Below are positions 32,490-43,521 of a DNA stretch of 64,000 bases, piece by piece. Numbering within the stretch: the first letter of the stretch is position 1; each line of letters starts with the position of its first letter. This DNA is from Candidatus Multivoradales bacterium (GTDB taxonomy: Bacteria; Acidobacteriota; Thermoanaerobaculia; Multivoradales; JAHEKO01). The position numbers were made by a program, and so were the translations under genes. The notes beneath the pieces were generated by a model, which saw only the letters and a list, made by a program, of their open reading frames with translations, was not told the DNA's origin and did no database searches. Location of the stretch: positions 3,040,001 through 3,104,000 of the forward strand of contig CBDFIJ010000004.1 in assembly GCA_965248055.1 (NCBI GenBank). Reading direction: 5' to 3'.

Positions 32490-35400
32490 ATGCAGTCGCT
32501 GACCGCATTGCTCGAAGAGTTGGCCGAGGATCGCAAGCTCGGTCCGCAGTTGTCGACCCAACACATTTTGCCCGTTGAACCCGAACGCCTGGGGGAGTTC
32601 CCAGCGGCGATCCCAGAGTCGTTGCGCGAGCTCTTGGCGGTGCATTCAATCGAGCAGCTTTACCGCCACCAACAGCAGGGTTTGGCGGCTGCGATGGCTG
32701 GCGAAGACGTCTTGATCACCACTCCCACCGCGTCGGGCAAGTCCCTGATCTTTCAGTTGCCACCCTTGGCCGCGGAACTCAACGGGGAACCGGGAAGGGC
32801 ATTGTATTTGTATCCGCTCAAGGCTCTGGGGCGGGATCAGGAAGCCAAGATTAGTGGGCTGGCGGCGGCGGCCGGATGCGATCCCGGTTGGGCTGCAGTC
32901 TACGATGGTGACACAGCGAAATCGGAACGTAAGAAAATTCGTCAGCAGCCGCCCAGAGTGCTGATCACCAACCCGGACATGCTGCACTTGGGCATCTTGC
33001 CCTCGTGGCAGTCTTGGACGCCTTTTCTCGCCGAGCTACGCTGGATCGTGTTGGATGAGTTACACGCCTACCGAGGAGCTTTTGGCGCCCATCTGCACCA
33101 TGTGCTGTGGCGGTTGCAGCGGCTATGTCGCCAACTGGGGGCTGAGCCGCGCTTGATCGCTTCTTCGGCAACCGCCGCCAACGCTCTGGAGTTCGCCCAG
33201 ACGCTGGGTGGCCAAGCGTTGGCCGGGCGAGAATTTCGCTGGATCCAGGAATCTGGAGCTGCGCGCGAGCGCCGCCACATTGTGATCTTGGACCCGATTG
33301 GCAGTGCCTATACCGCGGCGGTAGACCTCACTGCGTTTCTCCTGGATCGGGGTTTGAAAACCATCGTCTTTACCAAGGCTCGCCGGGTGACCGAACTGCT
33401 CTACACCTGGCTGATCCGCCAGCGTCCTGATTTGGCTCCCCGAGTCAAGAACTACCGCTCGGGGTTCTTGGCTGGAGAGCGCCGGCAGATCGAGGCCGAC
33501 CTGTTCTCCGGCAAGTTGGATGGCGTGATCTCGACCTCGGCTCTGGAGCTAGGGATCGACGTGGGTGGTTTGGACGCCTGTGTGCTGGTCGGTTTTCCAG
33601 GCAGTGTGATGGCGACTTGGCAACGCTCGGGTCGGGTGGGCCGGGATGGTCGCGACTCGATCACCGCCTTGGTGCCGCTGCCCGACGCCCTGGATCGATA
33701 TTTTGTTGAGCATCCCCAGGAACTCACCACCCGGGCTTGCGAGCCCCTGGTGGTCGACATCGACAACCCACACGTGGTGCGAGCGCAATTGCTGTGTGCG
33801 GCGACCGAGGAGCCGTTAGCTCCGACCGAGGAATCGGACGCCTTGGGCCATCGGCAGCAGATCTTGGCCACCTTGACCGAAGAAAAGTTGCTCACTGAAG
33901 GTGAGGACGGGCGCTTGTACTCAACCCAAGCTCGACCGCACAACCAAGTCAGTCTGCGCGGTGGGGGAGACAGCTTCTTGGTGCTGGATTCGGCGCGCCA
34001 ACAGATCATCGGTACCCTCGACGGTATTCGACTACTGCGCGAAGGTCACCCCGGCGCGGTATACCTGCACGGCGGGCGGCAGTACCTAGTGCGCGAATTG
34101 GACTTCGATGGCAACCGGGTGCGTGGCGAACGGGTGGAGGTCAACTACTTCACCCAGCCGTTGACCGAAAAATGTACCGAGGTACTGGAGATCTTGGGAC
34201 ATCGCACAGAGGGCCTGTTGGAGGCGTGGCACGGTCGCTTGCGGGTCACCGAACGGGTGGTGGGATTCGAGCGGCGCAAGATCCAGGGTCGTGAGCTTCT
34301 GGATCGCCATGAATTGGAGCTGCCTCCGATGGTGGTGGAAACCGAAGGGTTATGGTGGCTAGCTCCAGCCAACGTGCAAGCTCACTTGGTCGAAGCTGGC
34401 TACCACTTCATGGGCGCTTTGCACGCGGCCGAGCACACCACGATCGGCTTGCTGCCTCTGTTTGCAGTTTGTGATCGCGGCGATCTTGGGGGAATCTCGA
34501 TTCCCCTCCACAGCCAAGTGCGCAGCGGGGCGGTGTTCGTCTACGACGGACACGCAGGGGGTGCGGGGATCACCGCTCGCGCCTTCGCCCAGTTGCCCGA
34601 GGTCTTGACCCGGGTGCGCGATCATTTGCAAAGCTGCACTTGTGAAGACGGCTGCCCCTCCTGTGTCCAATCGCCTAAATGCGGTAACGGCAATCGTCCT
34701 TTGGATAAGAAGGGCGCTGAGGACTTTCTCTCGCTGATCTTGGAGGGGTCACCAACGGAGCACGACCCTCCCGCGGTGCGGGTTGCGCCAGAATGGGAAG
34801 AACCAGCTTGGCAAGCGCCACCTCCTCCCGAGGACGTGGTGCGTTCCGGCAAGGTGATGTTCGATCTCGAATCACTCGCCGATGTCGGTACAACCAGGGG
34901 CGCCGCCTGGCTCTCCGATCTCGGTGAGCCAGCTCGTCAGGCAACGGCGACCGAACTGCACAAATTGGAATCGAACTTGGTCTTGAAGCCGGATCTGGTG
35001 AACGCGGCTCAAGGGCCGCCCCAAAGTTCTTCAGCAATCGCAACCCAGGCTGCTAACTTGCCGCCCCCGCGACCGCAGAATCCGCGCAAAACTCTGCTCT
35101 TCGACTTGGAAACCCAGAAATCAGCTGCTGACGTTGGAGGCTGGCAAAACATTCACCGCATGCGGGTGGCGATCGGCGTCAGCCTCGACCTGCAGCAAGG
35201 TGAGATGCGAGTGTTCAAGGAGGACCAAGTCGACGACTTGATCGAGCAGTTGGCCTCGGCGGACTTGGTGATTGGCTACAACATCATCCGCTTCGACTAT
35301 CTGGTGTTATCGGGCTATACCGGCGCTGCATACCATCGACTATGGCCGACGCTGGATCTCTATCAAGAGGTGTATCGGTCTTCTGGGATGAGGTTATCGA

Positions 35401-35618
35401 TGAACGCTCTGGCCCAAGAGACCTTGGGAGAGGGCAAATCGGCGAATGGCTTGACCAGCTTGCGCTGGGTGGCGGAGGGCAAGCTCGACAAGGTGACCGA
35501 ATACTGCCGTCGCGACGTCGAAGTGCTGCGTGATCTCTACCTCTACGGTCGTCGGATGGGATATTTGCTGGTGTCCGGTGAACACCACCAGCAGCTGCGA
35601 ATCCCGGTCGGCTGGTAG
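32490..35618 (+). CDS. DEAH-box helicase with DUF1998 (MrfA/Hrq1-like) fused to a C-terminal RNase_H_2/DEDD exonuclease
   Basis: PTASGKS, DELH, SAT, ELGIDVG, QRSGRVGR and C.C..GCPSC....C; C-terminal FDLET...GYN..RFD...YC..DV. Confidence 0.9.
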   Translation: MQSLTALLEELAEDRKLGPQLSTQHILPVEPERLGEFPAAIPESLRELLAVHSIEQLYRHQQQGLAAAMAGEDVLITTPTASGKSLIFQLPPLAAELNGEPGRALYLYPLKALGRDQEAKISGLAAAAGCDPGWAAVYDGDTAKSERKKIRQQPPRVLITNPDMLHLGILPSWQSWTPFLAELRWIVLDELHAYRGAFGAHLHHVLWRLQRLCRQLGAEPRLIASSATAANALEFAQTLGGQALAGREFRWIQESGAARERRHIVILDPIGSAYTAAVDLTAFLLDRGLKTIVFTKARRVTELLYTWLIRQRPDLAPRVKNYRSGFLAGERRQIEADLFSGKLDGVISTSALELGIDVGGLDACVLVGFPGSVMATWQRSGRVGRDGRDSITALVPLPDALDRYFVEHPQELTTRACEPLVVDIDNPHVVRAQLLCAATEEPLAPTEESDALGHRQQILATLTEEKLLTEGEDGRLYSTQARPHNQVSLRGGGDSFLVLDSARQQIIGTLDGIRLLREGHPGAVYLHGGRQYLVRELDFDGNRVRGERVEVNYFTQPLTEKCTEVLEILGHRTEGLLEAWHGRLRVTERVVGFERRKIQGRELLDRHELELPPMVVETEGLWWLAPANVQAHLVEAGYHFMGALHAAEHTTIGLLPLFAVCDRGDLGGISIPLHSQVRSGAVFVYDGHAGGAGITARAFAQLPEVLTRVRDHLQSCTCEDGCPSCVQSPKCGNGNRPLDKKGAEDFLSLILEGSPTEHDPPAVRVAPEWEEPAWQAPPPPEDVVRSGKVMFDLESLADVGTTRGAAWLSDLGEPARQATATELHKLESNLVLKPDLVNAAQGPPQSSSAIATQAANLPPPRPQNPRKTLLFDLETQKSAADVGGWQNIHRMRVAIGVSLDLQQGEMRVFKEDQVDDLIEQLASADLVIGYNIIRFDYLVLSGYTGAAYHRLWPTLDLYQEVYRSSGMRLSMNALAQETLGEGKSANGLTSLRWVAEGKLDKVTEYCRRDVEVLRDLYLYGRRMGYLLVSGEHHQQLRIPVGW

Positions 35619-35749
35619 CTGCTCGGCTCATCAGCGCGCCACTCCCCGTGCCAAATTTTTGTGATGGTCTATGATGTCGTGGTGTTTCCTAGCTCGAATC
35701 CGATGCTTCTAGCCATCGATTCGATGACAAAACCAGAAGGAGGTCTCGG

Positions 35750-38734
35750 GTGATGAAGACGATGAAAGCCTTGGCAGGGTTGGTGGTGTTGGTGTGTGCG
35801 GGTGCAGCGTTCGGTCAATCTCAAGCGACCACTGGCGTGATCGAAGGCACGGTGGTGGACAACGCTGGCGGGGTGCTTCCCGGTGCGACGGTCAGCCTTA
35901 CCCAGACGGAAATCAACTATCAGGTCACTCAAGTGACCGATGCAGTCGGTCGTTTTCGCGCCGTGCTCCTACCCTTGGGTCCCTATCGGGTCGAGGCGGG
36001 CCTGGATGGCTATTCCGGCGCGGCACAGGAAGGTTTGCAGGTGACGGTTGGAGCTACGGTCGCCATTCGCATGACGCTGTCCCCAGGAATCTCGGAAGAG
36101 ATCGTGGTGACTACCGACGCGCCGTTGCTGGAAACCCGACGATCCCAGAATTCGGTTTTGTTCGGCCAAGACGAAGTCGAGAACTTGCCCAACTTGGGCC
36201 GCGACTATCTCAACTACACCAAGTTGACCCCGGGCGTGGCGATTGTCCAGGGTCCTGACGGCGACGAGCTGACGATCAACGGCCAGAAGGGAATTCAGAA
36301 CAACATCTCGGTTGACGGTGCGGATTTCAACAATCCGTTTTTTGGCGAGCAGCGCGGCGGACAACGGCCAGCGTTTACTTTCAATATGGACGCGGTGCAG
36401 GAGTTTGTGGTGATCGCCGACGGCGCCTCGGCCGAGTTTGGACGCTCATCGGGAGGCTTCGTCAACGTGATTACCAAATCGGGTACCAACAACCTGCAAG
36501 GTACGGCGAACTTGTTCTTCTTCAACGACAGTATGTCGACCGAGGCTGAGCGTTCCGATGGCAGCAAGGAACTCAAAGGCGATGCCGATCGTCTACAAGC
36601 TGGTTTCACCATCGGCGGCCCGGTGCGCAACGACGAGGTCTTTTTCTTCGCCGCGGTTGACACCCAGTCGGCAGAGCAGACCAAGCAGAATGACCCAACG
36701 CGCATCGAGCCTCGGGTGTTAGAAGCCTTGGCACGTTTCGGGGCCACCGGAGAGAATCTGCCGATTACTCGAACCGATGATGCGTTGGTTGCCTTGGGCA
36801 AGATCGACTGGCGGGCCAACCCCGCACAGTTGTTCACCGCCAAGGTCAACTACACCGACTCGGAGCAGGTCAATGGCACCTTCGACGTGGATTCCTGGGG
36901 TCGATCGGCCAACGCCATTGAAGCTGACGACTCGATCGCCATCAACGGCTCGTTGATTTCGACTCTCTCCTCTAGCAAACTCAATGAGTTCCGTTTTCAG
37001 TGGGCTAAGGAGAATCGACCGCGGCCATACGACGGACCGATTAACCCAGCCACCAACCGTCCATTGCCCGATACCGCATTTGATTTTGGCAATGGCTATC
37101 GCTTTGGCATGCCGTTTTTCATCCCGGTGGACTACTTCGACACGCGCGTTCAGTTGAACGAGAATTTGACCCTGTTGCGCGGCGACCACACCTTCAAGGC
37201 CGGCTTGGAGTTCAACCGCACTGATTCAACGCAGACCTTCATTGGTTTCGCCAATGGTCGAGTGATCTTTGGTTCCACCGATGGTTTTCTCAACTACATC
37301 GACAATCCAGACTATGTGGAGTGTTCTGACGGTAGCTCCTCGCAAACCGGGGTTTGTCCTCCGGGCAGCTCTCCTGTGGGCCCGGTGTTGCTCTACCTGC
37401 AACAGGTGGGGGTGGGCGGCCTCAGCGTTGAAGATGCCGGCACGCAGAGCATTGTGCAGGACGAGCCGGCGTTGTTTTTTCAAGACACTTGGCAGCCGCG
37501 CGCAGACCTGACGGTGTCGTATGGCCTACGTTGGGAAGCCATGATTATGCCCAACATGCTCACTTCTCCCAATGATGTTTTCTACGCCCCGTTTATCGGC
37601 CAGACAGTGAACACCGCTGCTGGACCACAGGTCTTCCCGTCGGACGGGACGATTCCGGATGACATGGACAACTTCCAGCCGCGAGTCTCGATCGCCTGGG
37701 ATCCCAAGGGCGATGGCAGTCAGGTGGTGCGAGCCAGTGCCGGGGTCTACAACGCCCGGGTGCCAGGTCTCGCGCTGGCGGGTGCTCGCAACACCAACGG
37801 CAGCATCGGCCAGAGTCTGTTCCGTAACAGTGAATTGACATTCTTGGGGCCAGTTCCCGCTTTTGGCGAGATCATCGATCCGGCGTCTGTCGGCGATCCG
37901 TTCTTCCCGGGCGTGACCGTTTTCGACAAGGACTTCGAACTGCCGGAAACCACCACCGTTGCCCTGGCGTACGAGCGGCAGGTGGCCCCCAACACCACAG
38001 TGATGGCTAAGTACAATTACGCCAAGGGCGACAACCTAACGCGCTATACCGATGGCAACGATCCACTCTTGGGGTCTCCTTGGGGTGCGGGTCTGGCTCC
38101 TTTCGGGATCAACGGAATCGGTGTTCTTACCGTGGTTGAGTCGACCGCTGAGAGTAAGTACTCCGGGGTAACCGTGGGCGCCAACCATCAGGGCGAGCGT
38201 TTCCAGATCGAAGGGTTCTACACCTATTCCAAGGACAAGTCCGACGACGACAATGAACGTGACCCGTTCTCGTTTCGCTACGCCAAGATCACTGATTTGG
38301 ACGCAGAGTGGGGCTACTCAGACCGAGATCAACGCGATCGCATCAACCTGTGGGCTCAGTGGCAGGCACCCAAGGACATCCATGTCAGCTTTCTCTATCA
38401 GTACCGGTCGCCGCAGCCGAAGTCGATTACCGAGACCGGTGCTGACGCCGGGACCCCGCAGGCTCGAATCAATGCCGACGGTTCGGTGACCCGGCGCAAC
38501 TTGGGCCGCAAGGACAATCGGATCACCCGTTTTGACTTGCGGGTGGGCCGCGAGTTTCAGGTTAACGATGGGGTTTCGATCGAAGGGATCTTCGAGATTT
38601 TCAACCTTTTCAATGGTCGCAATCCTAGGTCTCCAGAGGTCACCAACCTGATCTTTAACTTCGACGGAACGGTAACCAGTGGCTTAGGTGAACCACGCCA
38701 GATGCAGCTCGGACTGCGCTTGCGTTGGAACTGA
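35750..38734 (+). CDS. TonB-dependent receptor (Oar-like) with N-terminal carboxypeptidase-regulatory-like domain
   Basis: G.V.D..GGVLPGATV, AEFGRSSGG.VNVITKSGTN and C-terminal RQMQLGLRLRW. Confidence 0.9.
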   Translation: MMKTMKALAGLVVLVCAGAAFGQSQATTGVIEGTVVDNAGGVLPGATVSLTQTEINYQVTQVTDAVGRFRAVLLPLGPYRVEAGLDGYSGAAQEGLQVTVGATVAIRMTLSPGISEEIVVTTDAPLLETRRSQNSVLFGQDEVENLPNLGRDYLNYTKLTPGVAIVQGPDGDELTINGQKGIQNNISVDGADFNNPFFGEQRGGQRPAFTFNMDAVQEFVVIADGASAEFGRSSGGFVNVITKSGTNNLQGTANLFFFNDSMSTEAERSDGSKELKGDADRLQAGFTIGGPVRNDEVFFFAAVDTQSAEQTKQNDPTRIEPRVLEALARFGATGENLPITRTDDALVALGKIDWRANPAQLFTAKVNYTDSEQVNGTFDVDSWGRSANAIEADDSIAINGSLISTLSSSKLNEFRFQWAKENRPRPYDGPINPATNRPLPDTAFDFGNGYRFGMPFFIPVDYFDTRVQLNENLTLLRGDHTFKAGLEFNRTDSTQTFIGFANGRVIFGSTDGFLNYIDNPDYVECSDGSSSQTGVCPPGSSPVGPVLLYLQQVGVGGLSVEDAGTQSIVQDEPALFFQDTWQPRADLTVSYGLRWEAMIMPNMLTSPNDVFYAPFIGQTVNTAAGPQVFPSDGTIPDDMDNFQPRVSIAWDPKGDGSQVVRASAGVYNARVPGLALAGARNTNGSIGQSLFRNSELTFLGPVPAFGEIIDPASVGDPFFPGVTVFDKDFELPETTTVALAYERQVAPNTTVMAKYNYAKGDNLTRYTDGNDPLLGSPWGAGLAPFGINGIGVLTVVESTAESKYSGVTVGANHQGERFQIEGFYTYSKDKSDDDNERDPFSFRYAKITDLDAEWGYSDRDQRDRINLWAQWQAPKDIHVSFLYQYRSPQPKSITETGADAGTPQARINADGSVTRRNLGRKDNRITRFDLRVGREFQVNDGVSIEGIFEIFNLFNGRNPRSPEVTNLIFNFDGTVTSGLGEPRQMQLGLRLRWN

Positions 38735-38756
38735 ACCAAGTAACTATCGATGACCA

Positions 38757-38786
38757 GCGCCCCGCCCTTGCGGCGGGGCGTTTTTT
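38757..38786 (+). terminator. Rho-independent terminator
   Basis: CGCCCCGCC-cttgc-GGCGGGGCG-TTTTTT. Confidence 0.85.
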
Positions 38787-38933
38787 CTTGCATAGGACTC
38801 TTCCGTTATCGATTGAAATCCGATCGGGCGACTGACAACGTAGGATTGGCTCGCGGACTGGTCAAGGGCCCCGGTCAGTGATCTAGGTAGACGAAGAGCA
38901 ACTGGCAGAAAGGAAAACCGCAGAAGGAAAACC

Positions 38934-39692
38934 ATGTACAACTCGATCAACGACCGGCGCCTACTCTCCGGCCCAGAACGCCGCAGCTCCGAACTGATGC
39001 GCGGCTTACGGATCTTCCGCGAGTTCATGCGCGCGGTGCGCAAGCTGCACTTCGTCGGCCCCTGTGTAACCGTTTTCGGTTCTGCCCGCACCAAACCTGA
39101 GGACCCCTACTACCAAATGGCTCGCCAAGTGGGAGCCGAGTTGTCTGAGCGCGGGTTTACCACCATGACCGGTGGTGGTCCTGGGATCATGGAAGCTGCC
39201 AATCGGGGTGCCAAGGAAGGGGGTGGAGTGTCAGTGGGCTGTAACATCGAACTGCCATTCGAGCAAAGCGGCAACCCGTACGTCGACATCTCGGTCAATT
39301 TTCGTTACTTCTTCGTGCGCAAGGTGATGCTGGTGAAATATTCATATGGCTTTGTGGTGATGCCCGGAGGCTTCGGCACCATGGATGAGATCTTTGAAAC
39401 CGCTACCCTGATCCAGACCGCCAAGATCCGGGATTTTCCGATTGTGGTGATGGGAGAAGCCTATTGGGATGAGATGTTCGATTTCATTCAGCGGCGGATG
39501 ATCCTTCAAGGAACCATCAATGAGAGCGATATCGACCTTTTCTACGTTACCGACTCCCCAAGCGACGCAGCAGAACACTTACTCCAGGTAGCCAAAGCCA
39601 AACACGGCATCGAAGAACGGTGGGCGCCCAAGCCGACTTGGATGCTGGGGGAAAAAGGGCAAAGAAGAGTCAAAATATCGGCTGTGCGTTAG
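38934..39692 (+). CDS. LOG family protein (Rossmann-fold nucleotide phosphoribohydrolase)
   Basis: VFGSAR, TGGGPGIMEAAN, FFVRK and PGGFGTMDE. Confidence 0.9.
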   Translation: MYNSINDRRLLSGPERRSSELMRGLRIFREFMRAVRKLHFVGPCVTVFGSARTKPEDPYYQMARQVGAELSERGFTTMTGGGPGIMEAANRGAKEGGGVSVGCNIELPFEQSGNPYVDISVNFRYFFVRKVMLVKYSYGFVVMPGGFGTMDEIFETATLIQTAKIRDFPIVVMGEAYWDEMFDFIQRRMILQGTINESDIDLFYVTDSPSDAAEHLLQVAKAKHGIEERWAPKPTWMLGEKGQRRVKISAVR

Positions 39693-39734
39693 CAACCGGG
39701 AGCAATCCCCAGTGGTATTTCGATACACTCTCTT

Positions 39735-41840
39735 GTGAAATGGCTACTTGGGCGAGAGTCTGGACTCGCTGTATCAAGAGGGAGGGTTGAGGTGAAGGGC
39801 ACTAAATTTTTGCTGGCGGGGATGGCCGTTATGCTATCTAGCGCTGCCATTCCCGCAGACGATCTAACGAGCAAGATTGGCGCACTCAATACCCCGACCG
39901 TCGCTGGAGAACTCCCGGGCCTCGAATCCTTACAGCTGGGTCGGGGGCGCATGACTTTGTCCGCCGGAACCAAGGCCTACAGTTTGACCGCCGGAGACCG
40001 TCCGTGCGGTGTATGGATCAATGGACCTGCTCGTTTCACTTATCGAGTGGAGGATCCATTATCGGTTCCCTTGGCAAAACGCAATCTAGAGACCGGCAAA
40101 GGCCTGCACTGGCGGCTTGACGGCGACGCCGTGGAATTATCGATCGACTTGCAGGAGGCGGTGGTTTGGAGCTTCTCTGGTTTTGGTGAGGTGGATGTCA
40201 ATCCTGAGGGCCTCACTTTTTCACCCTGGGCGTCAACTCTTCTTGAGAGTGAATTTTTGGATATTCCAGGGACGGAGATGTTGGTCGCTGGCGCGCCGGA
40301 CCTCACATCAAGCCTGGCTTGGCTGCGGGGGGATACCCAGGAGTTCCAGCTCAATGTGGACCCATTTGAGTCGGGGCTGGAGTCACTGTATTGGTTGCGA
40401 GAATTGAAAGGGCAGATGTGGGGGACCTTCCAGGGTGAGAAGGTACCGGTTGTTCAGCTGAATCAACCGGTTGGTCGGGATTGGCGCGACACGATGAAAC
40501 CTCTGTGGACTATTGAGCGACTCGCGACGGAGGTTAAAAATCCGCAGGCCGAACGGCTAGAAATTAGCGCCAAGTTTGTCTTGCGTTCCAATCGCCAGGG
40601 CCAGTCGATTTGGCGCGGTTATCTTCCCTCGGCTCTGTATGACAATCGCCGTAACCGTCATTCCGTAGATGTAGAACACGTCACGATCGAGGGCTCTGCT
40701 GCCGATTTCAGTCATCGCAACGGCGAGCTTCTAGTGGATTTTGGAAGGTCCCTGGCGTTGGATGAGCGGGTAATGGTTGAGCTCCGCTACGTGGGCGATA
40801 TTGCGATTCGTCCCCAGAACAAGAGCTACTATCGCTTGGACCCAGGAATTTTGTTTCCCGGTGGAGTTGATGAGCTTGCGGGGGCGTTTCAACTTACCTT
40901 GGACGTTCCTGAATCGTTAACTCCCATGGCATCCGGGCGCGAAATTTTGCGCCAAACGTCCGGCGGTCGAACGGTCTTACGCACTCAGAGCGAGTTGCCT
41001 GGCAATTTTCCGACCGTTGTCGTGGGTGACTACCATCTCTATGACGTGACTGTCGGTGATAGAAGCTGTCGCGTCGCTGCTCATGTATTCAAACAAGAGA
41101 AATCGGCGCAAAAAGTGGGTAAGTTGGTTCTGGCTACCCAGGATTATTTGGCACAACTGTTTGCGACCGACTACCCCTACCAGCAACTGGTGATTGTAGA
41201 AATTGATTCGTGGGGATGGGGCCAGGCTCCAGACGGTGTTATCTACATTACCAACGAGGCTTTTTCGCCGATTGGCACCGCCCTCGAAACTCCCGGCGCA
41301 ACCTCGATCGGGATCAACGCCAGGCTGGTTCACGAAGTAGCACATGGGTGGTGGGGTGGCGTGGTTCTGCCCGACAGCGAGAACGCATGGATTATTGAAG
41401 GCTTGGCAGAGTACTCGGCAGCTCTGGCAATGCGCAACTTTGTTGGCGAGAAAGGCGCTAAGGAGTTCCGGACAACCTTGCAGGGATGGTTTCAGGTTGC
41501 CAAGCGCATCGAGGATGGAGCGACTTTACACATGGTCTCTCAACTCTCAGGTTGGGATCCCAAGGCTGGCGGTGACTCGTGGCGGCTTCGATACGCAAAA
41601 GCTCCGGTGGTGTTCCATGCCATCAGGCAAGAACTCGTCCGGTCGAAGGGCGGCAAAGAAAAGGGAGATCAGATGTTTGTGGTTTTTCTACGGGCACTTC
41701 TCACGCATTTTCAGGCGCAACCACTGCACACCCAAGACTTGGTTGATGTCATTAACCAGATCTCCGGCGATGACTGGCAACCCTGGTTCGACAAGTATGT
41801 CTACGGAACCGAGCTTCCCGAGATAGATCTGGATTCCTAA
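39735..41840 (+). CDS. M1-family (gluzincin) metallopeptidase, exported
   Basis: HEVAH...W..EGLAEY and Y.K; the true start may be the GTG near 39792. Confidence 0.8.
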   Translation: MKWLLGRESGLAVSRGRVEVKGTKFLLAGMAVMLSSAAIPADDLTSKIGALNTPTVAGELPGLESLQLGRGRMTLSAGTKAYSLTAGDRPCGVWINGPARFTYRVEDPLSVPLAKRNLETGKGLHWRLDGDAVELSIDLQEAVVWSFSGFGEVDVNPEGLTFSPWASTLLESEFLDIPGTEMLVAGAPDLTSSLAWLRGDTQEFQLNVDPFESGLESLYWLRELKGQMWGTFQGEKVPVVQLNQPVGRDWRDTMKPLWTIERLATEVKNPQAERLEISAKFVLRSNRQGQSIWRGYLPSALYDNRRNRHSVDVEHVTIEGSAADFSHRNGELLVDFGRSLALDERVMVELRYVGDIAIRPQNKSYYRLDPGILFPGGVDELAGAFQLTLDVPESLTPMASGREILRQTSGGRTVLRTQSELPGNFPTVVVGDYHLYDVTVGDRSCRVAAHVFKQEKSAQKVGKLVLATQDYLAQLFATDYPYQQLVIVEIDSWGWGQAPDGVIYITNEAFSPIGTALETPGATSIGINARLVHEVAHGWWGGVVLPDSENAWIIEGLAEYSAALAMRNFVGEKGAKEFRTTLQGWFQVAKRIEDGATLHMVSQLSGWDPKAGGDSWRLRYAKAPVVFHAIRQELVRSKGGKEKGDQMFVVFLRALLTHFQAQPLHTQDLVDVINQISGDDWQPWFDKYVYGTELPEIDLDS

Positions 41841-42572
41841 CTAGAGGTTGCTGTTCGCCGCTGGGGTGTCGGTGGTGGTGACGTTGAAGGGGCGACACCA
41901 GCGCTCTTTGCGCCGCTCTAGGTCGCGTTTGACTGCTGCTTTGAATGTGCGGGAGTCTTTGTTCGCGTCAATCGCGGCCTGGTAGTGCTGCAGGTCCATT
42001 ACTTCCAGGGTCATCTCCAGGCGCTTGAACAGGCGCGGCAGGTGCTGCCCAGGAACTTGGACGTGATGCAAGCCGCCGGCGTAGCCAAACAGAATTCGTC
42101 CTTCGTCGATGCCGCGAATGATGTCGGCAACCCCACCGCGCACACTCATCGGGCGACCGTGGGAGTCGAGGCCGTCGGCTCGCTTCATGCGTCCCTCGGG
42201 CAAGATCAACATCATCGATTCGGGGTCGTCAATGCGAACCAGCACCTGTCTCCAGGTCTCGTCTGGCCGCCGTGTGATCGGGACTACGTGCTGAGCCAGC
42301 AGCGAGAAGAACTTGCCGACGATTGGTCTCTTGAGAGTCTTGTCGGCCGCTGGGACCACCCCGTGGCCGGCGATTCTCCACAACATCTTGATCGGCAGCA
42401 TGCCTGTGTAGAGCCACTCAAACAGGCTGGTGTGGTTGAGGAAAACGATTAAGCGCAGGTGATCCCAAGGGTCGCTCGGTACCTCGCCAACCCGGCGCAC
42501 CGCGAAGCGGTAAAACAGGCGGGCAAAGATTTTGGCCTTGAGCAGGACGAGGAAGATGAAGTATTTCTTCAT
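41841..42572 (-). CDS. PlsC-type lysophospholipid acyltransferase family protein
   Basis: NHTSLFE and LPEGR motifs. Confidence 0.75.
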   Translation of the reverse strand: MKKYFIFLVLLKAKIFARLFYRFAVRRVGEVPSDPWDHLRLIVFLNHTSLFEWLYTGMLPIKMLWRIAGHGVVPAADKTLKRPIVGKFFSLLAQHVVPITRRPDETWRQVLVRIDDPESMMLILPEGRMKRADGLDSHGRPMSVRGGVADIIRGIDEGRILFGYAGGLHHVQVPGQHLPRLFKRLEMTLEVMDLQHYQAAIDANKDSRTFKAAVKRDLERRKERWCRPFNVTTTDTPAANSNL

Positions 42573-42728
42573 AGGGGTGAAGGGCCTTGTGGCAGGTGCA
42601 TTTTTATCATGGCGCGGTCACCGAGGCAGAAGAGGGGGACACAAACAAGAGAAGAGGGGGACACAAACAAAGTATTGTGTCCCCCAGATATGTTCCTCAC
42701 ACCAAGGTACCCGAGATAACATCCCCAC

Positions 42729-43517
42729 ATGAGCATGGATCTAAAGGGCAAGAACATTCTGGTCATGGGTGTGACCAACAAATTCAGTCTCGGATGGGCG
42801 ATCGCTGAGGTGGTGCGGGATGCTGGAGCGAATCTGGCGTTCAGCTACCAAGCGGAACGGCAGCAGGCTGGATTGGAAAAGTTGACCGCCAATATCGACG
42901 GCTGCCGTCTCTACCAATGCGACGTAACCGCCGAGGGCGAGTTGAAGTTGATGATGGCGGATCTGGGGGCGACTTGGGGCGGCATTGATGGCGTGGTACA
43001 CGCGATCGGCTTTGCTCCGCGCGCGGCAATGGAGGGGCGTTATTTGGACACCACCAAAGAGGATTGGTTGGTGGCGTTGGAGGTCTCTGCCTATTCGCTG
43101 TTGGCGGTGGCGCGGGAAGCGGAGGCTCATCTCAACGAAGGCGCTGGAATTGTCACCCTGACTTACTACGCCGCGGAAAAAGTGGTACCCAAATACAACG
43201 TTATGGGGGTTGCCAAGAGCGCCTTGGAATCGACCGTCCGTTACCTGGCCTACGATCTGGGCAAACTTGGCGTCCGGGTCAACGCGGTCTCCGCGGGACC
43301 GGTGAAAACCGTTGCCGCCCGCAGCATCCCCGGATTCATGCAGATGTACAGAAAGTTTGCCGATATGGCTCCGCTCAAGACTGGGATTGTGCCGCGCGAT
43401 GTGGGCAACCTGGGTGCCTATTTGCTCTCGCCGATGGCCGCGGGGATCACTGGCGAGACGGTTTATGTCGACGCTGGCTACCACGCTATGGGCATGGACC
43501 TTCCCGACGAAGACTAG
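42729..43517 (+). CDS. fabI: Enoyl-ACP reductase
   Basis: SAYS, YNVMGVAK and NAVSAGP.KT.A. Confidence 0.95.
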   Translation: MSMDLKGKNILVMGVTNKFSLGWAIAEVVRDAGANLAFSYQAERQQAGLEKLTANIDGCRLYQCDVTAEGELKLMMADLGATWGGIDGVVHAIGFAPRAAMEGRYLDTTKEDWLVALEVSAYSLLAVAREAEAHLNEGAGIVTLTYYAAEKVVPKYNVMGVAKSALESTVRYLAYDLGKLGVRVNAVSAGPVKTVAARSIPGFMQMYRKFADMAPLKTGIVPRDVGNLGAYLLSPMAAGITGETVYVDAGYHAMGMDLPDED

Positions 43518-43521
43518 TGCG

